IMG/VR virus record: IMGVR_UViG_3300020358_000015
Location: 1-30,587 of that record
Length of the DNA: 30,587 nucleotides
Reading direction: 5' to 3' (one strand)
From: a virus
Taxonomy: Duplodnaviria > Caudoviricetes
The notes under the pieces: model-generated
Told to the model about the DNA's origin: nothing
The model's database searches: none
Seen by the model: the letters and a program-made list of their open reading frames with translations, nothing else
Position numbers and translations under genes: made by a program
Part shown: positions 15,000-24,550 of the stretch, piece by piece
Layout: every line of letters begins with the position of its first letter
How positions within the stretch are numbered: position 1 is the first letter of the stretch

Positions 15000-17900
15000 T
15001 TAAGGTTCTATACAATTACAACAAGCATCATTAGCACTAGTTGCATCATAACAAAATGTTTGTAAATCCGATTCTCTTAAATTCCATACCAAATATAGAT
15101 ATTCTAAGTTACTTGGATTATTATATGTGAAATCAGCAAAATATGCATTTGTATTTCCTTGTATTGGAGTAGCGTCATTTAATAAAGGAATTAAAGTATT
15201 TATATCAGCTTCATTATATTTTACATTAGAAACCAAGTATTGAAGTTTGTCAGATAATGGGTCAAAAGAAAAATTACCTTGTTGGTCTTTAACTTCTAAT
15301 CTAACAACAGAACCTTCAGCAGGAATTGTTCCAAAAGATTCAAGTCCCTCTTGTTCTTGAGATAATGAAATACCATCTTGTTGCAATACCACAAGGTTTG
15401 AATTCCATGGACTAACATGACTTACTAATGTCCAATTATATCTTATTTTAATTGTCTGACTTGCTTCACCTGCGGTGTTTACTACAAATTGTTTTACTCT
15501 CAATGTATTTGCCACAGGGCATTTAAAATCTAATTGATATGTTGAAGCTTCTTGAGGAGTAATTATTACATTTGCAAGAGTAGGATTGTTTGTTATTTTA
15601 CTAAAACTCAATGTACCAGTAAACTGTACAATAGTATCTATAACAAATGTTCCATTATATTTTACCTGAACCCTTACTGTTCCAAGAGGAGCACTATAAA
15701 CTATATCTACAGTTCCTATAATATTTGTTAAATTTAAATTAAAAGAAACAACATTAGCACTAGATTGCTGAATTAAAGTATACCCACAATCTCTTTCAAC
15801 AGGAGGAACATTACTTAAATCTGAATTAGAACTTAAAACATATTCATTCATGTATGGATCAAATCCTCCAAGTTTTTGAGTAGGAAAAGCATCTATAAAT
15901 AAATCTCTAAACCAACCCCTCATACCAACTTGAGATATAACTGTTAACTTGTCTGAAGCTCCACCTTTAGAACCTCCTTTTAAGTTTATTACAGAACTTC
16001 TTTTTGAATCTGTAAAGTAAATATCATATCCGTATGATGCAAAGCTCTCAGGGTTATTACTTATTCCATACTCTTCTAATCTAGCTAGCTGAGTACCTAA
16101 AACTTCAGGAACAGATGTTATAGCGCCTCCTGCAGCTGCATCTGAAAGTAAATTCTTTCCGGTTAAAACATAAGATATTTTATCTTCTTGAAGTGTAAGA
16201 ATATCTGTTTGTCTTGCATGCATTTTTCTTAATGGTCCATATGAACTTTCAAGAGTTTTGAAATTGGCTAAAGTTAAATTAAACTGATTAAGTTTATTTA
16301 AATTACTTTCTTTGTTAAATACACCGCTATAAGTAATATCAGCAAATCTATGAACTTCTTTGAATTCTTCTTCAGAAACAGAAGTAACCTTATCTCCTAA
16401 AGATAATACAGGAGTAGTTAAAGCGTCAAAAACTTTGTCTGATTCAGCTCCATTTCCAAACGTATAGCAATTATAAAAAGTTAAATCAATAATAGCCGGA
16501 ACGGTTGCAGTCTGATTTTGATCTACAGTAGAACTTCCTGATAAATGCAACCCACCAACAATGTCAAACACTTGATTATTCTCATAATACAATTCATCAT
16601 TTGCTTGTATTGGTTCTGTTTCAAAAATATTTAACGTAGTAGCTCTATTAACTACTATCTGAACTGTCTCATATGAACCTCTTACATCAACACCTCCGCA
16701 TCTAGGAGTCCCTGTTTGTATAATTAACCAAAGATTTCCATCATTTTCTGATTGAAAACTAATAGTTGTTGTCCCTGGGTTTAAATAATTAGTGAAATAA
16801 GGTTGTATTGCGTCTATTTGAGTTATAACATTTATAGTACCATCAGTACCTCCTGATATACCATTTGTAAAATCAATTTGTTGACCTACAACAAAAGAAT
16901 GAAGATTAGTGTAATCCCTACCAGCAGTAAAAGTTTTATTATAATCATAAGTTCTACTTCCGCAGTTAGACCCTCTTTTGTTTCTATTAGTGTTAAACCT
17001 AAAATCTACTACACTTCCTGCAGGAATATCAAAAGGTGTATAAGCGGGAGTAGATGCTTCATCTGAAAAAGCACATGAAACTCTTGCGTAACTAAAACTA
17101 CCACTTGTAACTGGTAATCCTCCTACACTAGTTCTGTCTATAAATGCATTTGCAGGTGCGTTTGCGGCAAAGTTAGAAGGTTTTAATTGCATATAAGTTC
17201 CTGAAGGTTGCCCACAAGTACCTGATATAATATCACCATTTGCGTCCTTTGTACATAAAAAATCTTCTAATTGACTTTTAAAATCTAATACCTTTGTCTT
17301 AGTGCATGTAAGAACAGGACCACTACTATCGGACTTTACAAATAAATTTGAATTGTCTTTTACTTTATCTCTATTATCGCCTTCAAGTTTATACCATACA
17401 TTTCCAGTCTCTTCTTCTCTAAAAAATATATTTGAATAAATATTCCTAGAACCTGTTTTTGATTCCTTAATTACAAACTTGTACTTTGTTGCCCAAAAAG
17501 GAGGGTAGTTATTTAACTGAATCCTAATATTGTTTTTTGTTATTGAGTTTTCGCAAGGAACATATACTGTGTTATTTGTATCTACTAATGCAGTTGTACT
17601 TCTTCCGTAATCGTCCATATAAACAATTGCAATCTCATAGTCTCTATTACTATGAAGACTTTCTTTTGAAGAATCTAAAGAATATAAACCGGTTACTTCG
17701 ATTGCTTGTAAATACTCAAAAGCAAACACGCCTGTAGGAGTAGGAGGTGTTTGAGTTTGGTCATATTTTTGAAATTTTAATCCCGGAACTATTACACTAA
17801 CTATGTCACTACCTAATGAACTTTCTATTGAAAATCCTTGGTCGGTACTTGATATACCAAAACCATCATATTGCCATTCATTTCTAGCAACAATACCACA

Positions 17901-19355
17901 ATTAAAAATATCTGTAACAGATGTTCCTGTGTTACAATCAGCTTGAAATTCTGAGACAGCAGACACAAACTCAGGGCTAGTAACTAAATCATGAACACTA
18001 TTATAGCTTTGTTGAATATTAAATAAAAATGCATAATTAAATTTATTCAAAGGTTGAGTTCCTCCTGCAGTATATGATGCATCTCCACTAAACTGACTGT
18101 TTGAATAATTAAAATCAATACCTATTTGAGATCCTGCAATTAAATCTAATCCTCCAAAATTAATAGTTATTTCAGAATTTGGAACTAATACAATACCATC
18201 TATAGTATAATTAAAATCACTTTTAGAACCTGATATTTCATCATTAATTAAACTCTCTGTAATTAAAGAAACATCATAATCAAAGTATACTAGTTTACCA
18301 CTTTCATTTACAATATCGTACCCATCAACATAATTCCCATACATTAATCTATTACCCATAATGGTCTGAGCCTGAGCAATCTTAGGAACATTATCGAAAA
18401 GTCTTAGTAATTGTTCCTCCGGAAGAGTTGTATATATTTTTTTATTAGTAAAATCTATTGTTTGAATAGAATTATCTACCCATCCTTGGTCAACTTTATT
18501 GTATTGTTCAATTACATTAACAGTTTGGCTTGTTGAAAATTTAAACAGAACATCAACATCCTTTACATTTCTGCCTCCTGTTTCAAATGAAATATTTACA
18601 CTATTAAAAATGTTTTTCATACCATCGTTATCGTAGGTATCGTAATTCAAATTAAAAGGGCCAGGAGTAAATGCTACAGCAGAAAAAGGTGAAAATGCAG
18701 AATATTCACCATCTTCGTATTGCCATCTGTAAGCAAAACTTAAAAACAAATCTTCCATATAGTTCTCCTCTCCACCAATTTGATATTGGTCTATAACAGG
18801 AGCTTTTAAAGGTGGAGCAACTATAACTCCAATATCTTGCTCTGTAACTTGGTCAACACCGGCCACAGGCACTAAATATGTTTTATTTATGTTTATTTTT
18901 CTTGGAGCATTTAAGTTGTCTGTAAAAAACAATAAATCATCAATAAGGTTTACTCCATTAATTAATAATTCTTTGTTGAAATTTAATAAAGATGTAGAAA
19001 CAACATGGTAAAATAATACAAAAGTTCTAGTATTATAAGACGCTATAATATCTACTTTTCCAGTTACGGTAGAAAATACATTTGTAGAGTCATTTACAAA
19101 CCAGTAAATAGTTTCAGTAGCTCCATCTTCATAAGCCCCTATACATTTTGCATTTACACTTAAAGGTTGATTGTTGAAAGTTAATTCAACTAATAATTCA
19201 TTTCCTTTAGAATTTTCTACAGCACCTATTTCAGTTCCTTCAGTAGACCCTAATCGTACATTTAAAGCATCAATATATTCTCCATTTGGAACTAATCGTT
19301 CATCCACGGATTTATTCATCCTACCTTTTAAAAAGTTTCTTTGAATCTTAGCCAT
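15000..19355 (-). CDS. tail muzzle / stabilisation (tail tubular B-like) protein, 1451 aa
   Basis: N-terminal F.KGRMNKSVDERLVP.GEYIDALNVR, LLFFTDNLNAPRKINI, GNRLMYGNYVDG, EYGISNNPESFA, GGFDPY motifs typical of this family. Confidence 0.75.
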   Translation of the reverse strand: MAKIQRNFLKGRMNKSVDERLVPNGEYIDALNVRLGSTEGTEIGAVENSKGNELLVELTFNNQPLSVNAKCIGAYEDGATETIYWFVNDSTNVFSTVTGKVDIIASYNTRTFVLFYHVVSTSLLNFNKELLINGVNLIDDLLFFTDNLNAPRKININKTYLVPVAGVDQVTEQDIGVIVAPPLKAPVIDQYQIGGEENYMEDLFLSFAYRWQYEDGEYSAFSPFSAVAFTPGPFNLNYDTYDNDGMKNIFNSVNISFETGGRNVKDVDVLFKFSTSQTVNVIEQYNKVDQGWVDNSIQTIDFTNKKIYTTLPEEQLLRLFDNVPKIAQAQTIMGNRLMYGNYVDGYDIVNESGKLVYFDYDVSLITESLINDEISGSKSDFNYTIDGIVLVPNSEITINFGGLDLIAGSQIGIDFNYSNSQFSGDASYTAGGTQPLNKFNYAFLFNIQQSYNSVHDLVTSPEFVSAVSEFQADCNTGTSVTDIFNCGIVARNEWQYDGFGISSTDQGFSIESSLGSDIVSVIVPGLKFQKYDQTQTPPTPTGVFAFEYLQAIEVTGLYSLDSSKESLHSNRDYEIAIVYMDDYGRSTTALVDTNNTVYVPCENSITKNNIRIQLNNYPPFWATKYKFVIKESKTGSRNIYSNIFFREEETGNVWYKLEGDNRDKVKDNSNLFVKSDSSGPVLTCTKTKVLDFKSQLEDFLCTKDANGDIISGTCGQPSGTYMQLKPSNFAANAPANAFIDRTSVGGLPVTSGSFSYARVSCAFSDEASTPAYTPFDIPAGSVVDFRFNTNRNKRGSNCGSRTYDYNKTFTAGRDYTNLHSFVVGQQIDFTNGISGGTDGTINVITQIDAIQPYFTNYLNPGTTTISFQSENDGNLWLIIQTGTPRCGGVDVRGSYETVQIVVNRATTLNIFETEPIQANDELYYENNQVFDIVGGLHLSGSSTVDQNQTATVPAIIDLTFYNCYTFGNGAESDKVFDALTTPVLSLGDKVTSVSEEEFKEVHRFADITYSGVFNKESNLNKLNQFNLTLANFKTLESSYGPLRKMHARQTDILTLQEDKISYVLTGKNLLSDAAAGGAITSVPEVLGTQLARLEEYGISNNPESFASYGYDIYFTDSKRSSVINLKGGSKGGASDKLTVISQVGMRGWFRDLFIDAFPTQKLGGFDPYMNEYVLSSNSDLSNVPPVERDCGYTLIQQSSANVVSFNLNLTNIIGTVDIVYSAPLGTVRVQVKYNGTFVIDTIVQFTGTLSFSKITNNPTLANVIITPQEASTYQLDFKCPVANTLRVKQFVVNTAGEASQTIKIRYNWTLVSHVSPWNSNLVVLQQDGISLSQEQEGLESFGTIPAEGSVVRLEVKDQQGNFSFDPLSDKLQYLVSNVKYNEADINTLIPLLNDATPIQGNTNAYFADFTYNNPSNLEYLYLVWNLRESDLQTFCYDATSANDACCNCIEP

Positions 19356-19356
19356 A

Positions 19357-20280
19357 TTATTTAATCCACTTGTTTTGCCCCCTTAGATTCATTAATAACC
19401 TCCCTGGGTGTATGTTGCTTAATCGTATCTTTGCGTTCCTTAGAAGCGCAGATTTCTCTTTTCTAGACCTGTTTATAATATATTCTTGGACACCATACTT
19501 ACTTGATAAAACAGAAAACTTTATGTATGCGTAAACAAACTCTTCAAATAATTTATTTACACTAATATCTGCGTTTACACCACCTTCCATTCCATCAGAA
19601 ACATATTCCAAAACAACTAATTCTCCCGACATGTCAGAACTAAAATTAATTACGCCTGATTTTTTATTTATCCTAAACGTAGGATTAGCATTTGCTGTCT
19701 CAGTATTTAAACCATATCTACCTCCTATTGGATATTCAAAATACCATATTCCATTGTAGAAATATCCCTCTTGCCCATCATATGAACTTTGTTGATTTAA
19801 ATATATAGTTTTTCTTGTTCCTTTTATTCTATCAATATCTACCGTTGAAAATTCAGGTTTTAAAACATTACCTTCTTCATCAAATAATATTTTATCATTA
19901 TTATCTTGTAAATAAGCACTACTCCAATTAGTTTGAATATTTTCTGTTAAAGGAAATAAAACTCCATTTTTATACATTGATATTCTAACCCAATTAACAT
20001 AATCATCTGGTAAAATAAATCTTAACTCATCTTGAACAGACATTTCTAATATTTTAATTTCTTTTAAAGAATCGTAATTTAATTCTTGTATTGCTCTTTT
20101 AGAATGAAATAAAATATTATACCTCTCTACATTGTTTATTAACTTATCATTACCAACGTACATTAACATGAAATTAGTTACAATTTCTTTTAATGATACA
20201 TATTGATACGAACCCCAATTCTCATTTTCAGGATTATTTCCATCATTTTCGTAATACTGATATTGTGTTAAATATGCCAT
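19357..20280 (-). CDS. tail ring / adaptor structural protein (307 aa)
   Basis: LPDDYVNWVRIS and VVLEYVSDG motifs resemble tail tubular A / ring proteins; position before the muzzle. Confidence 0.6.
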   Translation of the reverse strand: MAYLTQYQYYENDGNNPENENWGSYQYVSLKEIVTNFMLMYVGNDKLINNVERYNILFHSKRAIQELNYDSLKEIKILEMSVQDELRFILPDDYVNWVRISMYKNGVLFPLTENIQTNWSSAYLQDNNDKILFDEEGNVLKPEFSTVDIDRIKGTRKTIYLNQQSSYDGQEGYFYNGIWYFEYPIGGRYGLNTETANANPTFRINKKSGVINFSSDMSGELVVLEYVSDGMEGGVNADISVNKLFEEFVYAYIKFSVLSSKYGVQEYIINRSRKEKSALLRNAKIRLSNIHPGRLLMNLRGQNKWIK

Positions 20281-20283
20281 GTC

Positions 20284-20979
20284 TTATCCTTGTTGTGTAT
20301 TATCTAATTGTTCTTCTCCTTGAGCAAACTGAACTAAAGGTATTTCCCTTATTGACATCCCTGCATACTGAAGTATCTTATTAATTAAATTTACTTGGTC
20401 AGACAAAGGCAATTCAAAGTCCTGGTAATCAGCAGGTGACTCATCAAACAAAGGTTCTCCTTGTGCTAAATCTATATAAGTCCATTTAGGGTCTTTAGGA
20501 TATCTAATATATTGACATTTTACAGTTCCGGTTAAAACAGGATATATAGTAATTTGATCAGCTTCTGCAGTATATGCAGGAAACATTGTAGATGGTGTTG
20601 TTAAATGAGAACTGTTTAATAAAAGTATTTTACTTTGACTAACTCTTTCTATCTCTGTATTTCCTTGAAATATTTTATTTACTAAATAATAATCTTCAGG
20701 CAAAGGATATAGTCCAGCGTTAAAAACAATAGGAGATGTATTTGAAAAACTATCAATAACTTCTACAAGGCTTTTTATAATATCAGCATAATCACTACCT
20801 GAAACTCTTGCGTTTTGTTTTACAATCCACGAATTGTATTGATAAAAATAATCTTCAAATATATCTAATTGAGCCTGTTTTGCGTAAAGATTAAAATCAC
20901 TAGGAGTTATGTATCCGTAATTATTTTTGTTTGCAATAGAAAGAACAGTTGCTCTTACTGTATTTATAATAGATGCCAT
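20284..20979 (-). CDS. head-tail adaptor / ring protein (231 aa)
   Basis: FNLYAKQAQ, LPEDYY, YIRYPKDPKW and DFELP motifs; position after the capsid genes. Confidence 0.6.
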   Translation of the reverse strand: MASIINTVRATVLSIANKNNYGYITPSDFNLYAKQAQLDIFEDYFYQYNSWIVKQNARVSGSDYADIIKSLVEVIDSFSNTSPIVFNAGLYPLPEDYYLVNKIFQGNTEIERVSQSKILLLNSSHLTTPSTMFPAYTAEADQITIYPVLTGTVKCQYIRYPKDPKWTYIDLAQGEPLFDESPADYQDFELPLSDQVNLINKILQYAGMSIREIPLVQFAQGEEQLDNTQQG

Positions 20980-20993
20980 TTAAAACCTTTTCA

Positions 20994-21022
20994 CAAATAT
21001 ACAAAAAAAAAGAGGCTTCAAA
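20994..21022 (-). promoter_or_regulatory. Bacteroidota promoter (TTTG -33 ... TATATTTG -7) for the tail operon
   Basis: TATATTTG at 21001-20994; TTTG at 21022-21019 with a 17-nt spacer. Confidence 0.65.
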
Positions 21023-21035
21023 ATTTGAAGCCTCT
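21003..21035 (-). terminator. intrinsic terminator
   Basis: Perfect inverted repeat agaggcttcaaa/tttgaagcctct followed by a T-run on the - strand. Confidence 0.85.
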
Positions 21036-21110
21036 AACATTAAAACAACTTACCCCTTAAAAAAGTTATTTATAGTGTAAATATAAAATAAATAAATTAA
21101 TTTTAGATAA

Positions 21111-21887
21111 TTATTCTATTTTAGTTTCAAGTATTCTTAAAACCTCTAGCCCTTCGTCACTTTGAAGGAATGATGCCAATATAAATAAAGGATCTTCCCC
21201 ATAAGGAACAGTTAGTAATTTGTTTTTATTTCCTTTGATGTTGTAATAAACATCTTTTTTGTTTTTAATTATTAAAATTCCTTCACTAAAAAACTTTGCG
21301 CATTTATTTTGAAGTCTTAATAATGGGTCATTTAAAGCCTCCATGAATTCATTTGGATATCTTTTTGCAAATAACCTGACATCTCTTTTTAATTCAGATG
21401 AAGTTAAATTATCAATTTTTAATCCTATTACAACTCTAGCAATAGTTTCAAGCATTTCAATATTTAATTCTTTTGCAGCAATCTGAGAATCCAATGCTAA
21501 GTCTAAATAATCTACATCAGAACTTGCGTCTTTTTCTTTATCTACTTCTACAAACATATTCCCAAGACCTGGATGAAAAGATAAAAACTTTTGTAACATT
21601 TGATTTTCTTTTGGAACAAATAATAATCCATCCTCAAATACAATAGGTTCTAATATTACATTACTATCTTGTTCGTCTTCAAATATGCTTTTTTGATTAG
21701 GAGAATATCTTAGTATTTTGTTTAAACCTGTTTGATCATCAAAATGTAAAAGAGGTTTTCTTTTTGTATTTCTTGATGGTATTGAGTAACTTAAAGGTGC
21801 TTGGTCTTTTGTTAGTTTGTAAGTTTTATTTACAAAAATTAATTTCTTTTTTGAAGCTAATGTTGTCGCTTTTACTTTTATTGACAT
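21111..21887 (-). CDS. hypothetical protein following the major capsid gene (258 aa)
   Basis: Long ORF with a strong A/T-rich start region; function not recognised. Confidence 0.8.
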   Translation of the reverse strand: MSIKVKATTLASKKKLIFVNKTYKLTKDQAPLSYSIPSRNTKRKPLLHFDDQTGLNKILRYSPNQKSIFEDEQDSNVILEPIVFEDGLLFVPKENQMLQKFLSFHPGLGNMFVEVDKEKDASSDVDYLDLALDSQIAAKELNIEMLETIARVVIGLKIDNLTSSELKRDVRLFAKRYPNEFMEALNDPLLRLQNKCAKFFSEGILIIKNKKDVYYNIKGNKNKLLTVPYGEDPLFILASFLQSDEGLEVLRILETKIE

Positions 21888-21913
21888 TTGATTTTAATTT
21901 TAATTTGATTTAT

Positions 21914-21954
21914 AAAAAAGAGGTGGCATCCCTTCTAGGGTTTCTGCCACCTCT
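21914..21954 (-). terminator. intrinsic terminator after the major capsid gene
   Basis: 10-bp stem agaggtggca/tgccacctct followed by a T-run on the - strand, 10 nt after the capsid stop. Confidence 0.85.
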
Positions 21955-21964
21955 ATATTTACTT

Positions 21965-23386
21965 CTAGTTATTGAAAATAAAGAAATTGTTAGCACCTAA
22001 AGTACATAAAGCTCTTTCTGACAAGAAGTTTACTTCCATCGCATCTAAATCCGATGTAGCAGCTCCACCAGCTGAACCTGTAATCCAAGTCTTGTAACGT
22101 CTATCTTCAGTTTCTGAAGCTCTATATCTAACGTGTAAGAATGGTCTCTTAGCATTTTTACCAAGTACTTGGTCATAAACTGTAGTAGAACCTGCAGGAA
22201 CTAATATTCCATTTACAGAACCTCCTACAATATCTCCACGCATTGTTGGGTCATTTAAGTATTTCCAATCAGTTTTATAGAAATCATAACCTCTACGGAA
22301 ACCAGTGAATCCTAAATTAAGAGCCATCTCTTCATCATTGTCAAAAAGACCATATGAAGTTCCTCCTGCACCATAAGAATTTTGAGCAGCTAACATATCG
22401 TCAATGTCAAATCCAAAGTTTCTGTTTAAGAAAATAACATTTTCCTCAATAGAACCTTGCTTATCTAATCTAGATATAATAGCGTCAAAATCAGCTAATG
22501 AATCAGGATTTGCACCTGCCCAAACATTTCCTCTTTGTTCTACAACATAGAAAAGACCTTCTGAACCCTTGTTTCCTACACCACTAGCAACTCCTTCAAC
22601 AATTGCTGCTGCTCCAGAAGCTGCTTCTGCTGGTACTGCTTCAACCATTGCTGTTTCTAAATAGTCTTCAAAACGAAGTCTAGTTTCATGCTCTGATTTC
22701 ATATACCATAAGAAACCTGTTGCACCGTTTTCAGTTGTTACTTCAATCCATCCAATCTGAGCCATATCAGAACCTGATACTGCGTAACGGTCTTTAATGA
22801 TAATTGGAGAGTTGTCAAAAATAACATCATCAGCTTCTAACTGTCCTTGCATTCCTATAGATCCCTTTTGGAATTCAGAACCATAGATAAACAAAGAACA
22901 TACAACTGCTGCTGCCATTGTTTGTCCTCCTGCTTCGTAGTAAGCTACATCAATTGTTCCGTTTGCAGTATCTACTGCAGTAACAATTGCTTTGTTACTA
23001 TTAGTTGAACCAATAGAACTGTCAGACAACATAATTGTTTGACCTACACGAATAGCAATAGTACCTGTTCCAGGAACTAAAGTATCTCCAATAGTTAATG
23101 TTGCTGTATCTGCTGCTGCTGCTGCTGCTGAAGTTACATTTGTATACTTCGTATGTAATCTTCCTTGCTCTGCCCATTTGATAAGGTCTGAGTTAGAAGG
23201 CATTTCAGCACCAACCATTCTTAAAAATGATGCTACTGATCTGTTTCCATAACGCTCAAATTCTTTTTCGTAAGTATCTGGTAGATACTGATTTAAGAAA
23301 TCAAAGTTCGTTATATAATTTGTTTGCAATAATACTTGTTCCGAACTTGGTTGCAAGTCAAATCCTGGTGTTGCTTGTACTGACAT
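21965..23386 (-). CDS. major capsid protein (473 aa)
   Basis: Follows portal and scaffold and is followed by a strong terminator; IKWAEQGRLH, GSEFQKG and GSEGLF motifs; size typical of this phage group. Confidence 0.8.
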   Translation of the reverse strand: MSVQATPGFDLQPSSEQVLLQTNYITNFDFLNQYLPDTYEKEFERYGNRSVASFLRMVGAEMPSNSDLIKWAEQGRLHTKYTNVTSAAAAAADTATLTIGDTLVPGTGTIAIRVGQTIMLSDSSIGSTNSNKAIVTAVDTANGTIDVAYYEAGGQTMAAAVVCSLFIYGSEFQKGSIGMQGQLEADDVIFDNSPIIIKDRYAVSGSDMAQIGWIEVTTENGATGFLWYMKSEHETRLRFEDYLETAMVEAVPAEAASGAAAIVEGVASGVGNKGSEGLFYVVEQRGNVWAGANPDSLADFDAIISRLDKQGSIEENVIFLNRNFGFDIDDMLAAQNSYGAGGTSYGLFDNDEEMALNLGFTGFRRGYDFYKTDWKYLNDPTMRGDIVGGSVNGILVPAGSTTVYDQVLGKNAKRPFLHVRYRASETEDRRYKTWITGSAGGAATSDLDAMEVNFLSERALCTLGANNFFIFNN

Positions 23387-23405
23387 TTTTTACTTTTTTT
23401 AATTG

Positions 23406-24497
23406 TTATCTATTTTTACTTCTTATTCTTAAACCTTTTCCATTATCTTCTCCAACAGCTCTAGCTTTAAATCCTGTATCGCCAATTACTTGTGGAGTTT
23501 TTCTAACATTCATATTAATGTTTTTACTTTTTTTAGAAATATCCCCCACACCATCTGACTTTCCTTGCTCATAAAAATATTGAGCAAAACGTTCAGGATC
23601 CATTGCTGCACTTAGAGCTTTATGCCAACCTTTTGCATCAGAAATTAATCCGTCATCACCTACATATTTTCCTATGAAGTTTTCTAGATTCATTTGTTTT
23701 GCTTTCATTTCATTTGCATCCCCATAAGAATAACCAATTTTTTTGTCTCCAACTTCGAACTCAAAACCTTTGAATTCTGAATTAAAAACCTCATTAGTTT
23801 TCTTTGAAAAATACTCATTTTTTTTATGATTAGCTTCTTTAACAGTCTTAGATTCTTGAATAAACTTTTTATATGCATCAAGTTCCTCTTGGATTTCGTT
23901 TGAAACAGCCTTCCCACTTGACTCAAGAGGAATGCTATATTTTTCTTTAAAATCATTAAGATACTTTTTTGCCTTAGAAAGCTCTCTTTTTTTAGCTATA
24001 TTTTTCTTTTTAATTTCAGATTCATCATCTATATCTTCATCATATGAAAATTTTGATTCAACTAAATAATGAATATCTTCATTATCTAAATCCTCTTCTG
24101 TTAAAGAATAATATTCTGCTAACACTTGGTCATCATTTAAATCATCGTAACTTTTATTTGCTTTTACGAAATCATTAAAACCACGGCCAGTTTCTTTTTT
24201 AAAATTTAAATATTTAGAAACATCTTCTGGTAAATCATTATTTACTTCTCTTTGAGAAAATAATTCATCAATAGATGATATTTCTTTATTATATCTGTTT
24301 TTAATATATGAAAGAACGTCTTCATCTTTTATGTCTTCAGGTTGATTAGATTTTGGTCCTTCCTCAGCTTTTGGTTCTTCCTCAGCTTTTGGTTGATCAT
24401 TATTTAATTTCTCCTCATGTTTATCTAAAAGATCTTTTTCTACCTCTTGAACTGATTTTTGTTCTAAAGTACTTACTTCTTTAACTTTAAATTCCAT
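23406..24497 (-). CDS. capsid scaffolding protein (363 aa)
   Basis: Highly acidic/charged and helical; sits between portal and capsid; FYEQGK motif near the C-terminus. Confidence 0.65.
   Translation of the reverse strand: MEFKVKEVSTLEQKSVQEVEKDLLDKHEEKLNNDQPKAEEEPKAEEGPKSNQPEDIKDEDVLSYIKNRYNKEISSIDELFSQREVNNDLPEDVSKYLNFKKETGRGFNDFVKANKSYDDLNDDQVLAEYYSLTEEDLDNEDIHYLVESKFSYDEDIDDESEIKKKNIAKKRELSKAKKYLNDFKEKYSIPLESSGKAVSNEIQEELDAYKKFIQESKTVKEANHKKNEYFSKKTNEVFNSEFKGFEFEVGDKKIGYSYGDANEMKAKQMNLENFIGKYVGDDGLISDAKGWHKALSAAMDPERFAQYFYEQGKSDGVGDISKKSKNINMNVRKTPQVIGDTGFKARAVGEDNGKGLRIRSKNR
24351..24394. repeat. 18-bp in-frame tandem repeat (PKAEEE/G)
   Basis: ttttggt(c/t)cttcctcagc x2 plus ttttggtt. 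Confidence 0.9.
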
Positions 24498-24512
24498 TTG
24501 ATTTAATTTTTA

Positions 24513-24520
24513 CAAATTTA
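24513..24520 (-). promoter_or_regulatory. Bacteroidota -7 element TAAATTTG upstream of scaffold/capsid
   Basis: Exact TAnnTTTG in the intergenic region, 15 nt before the ATG. Confidence 0.65.
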
Positions 24521-24550
24521 TATAATTAATTTTTAATTTATTTTAATGTG

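Noticed and set aside
14990-15002. Readthrough or frameshift fusing the muzzle to the Cys-rich gene
   Set aside because: 10-nt out-of-frame gap after a TAA stop, with no slippery heptamer; the downstream gene has its own A-rich start
23111-23129. (GCA)6 poly-Ala tract in the capsid gene
   Set aside because: Short in-frame low-complexity run, with no evidence of phase variation
23705-23956. 83-aa same-strand alternative ORF in the scaffold gene
   Set aside because: K/L/I-rich composition expected from frame-shifting an E/K/D-rich gene; no GC anomaly or recognisable motif
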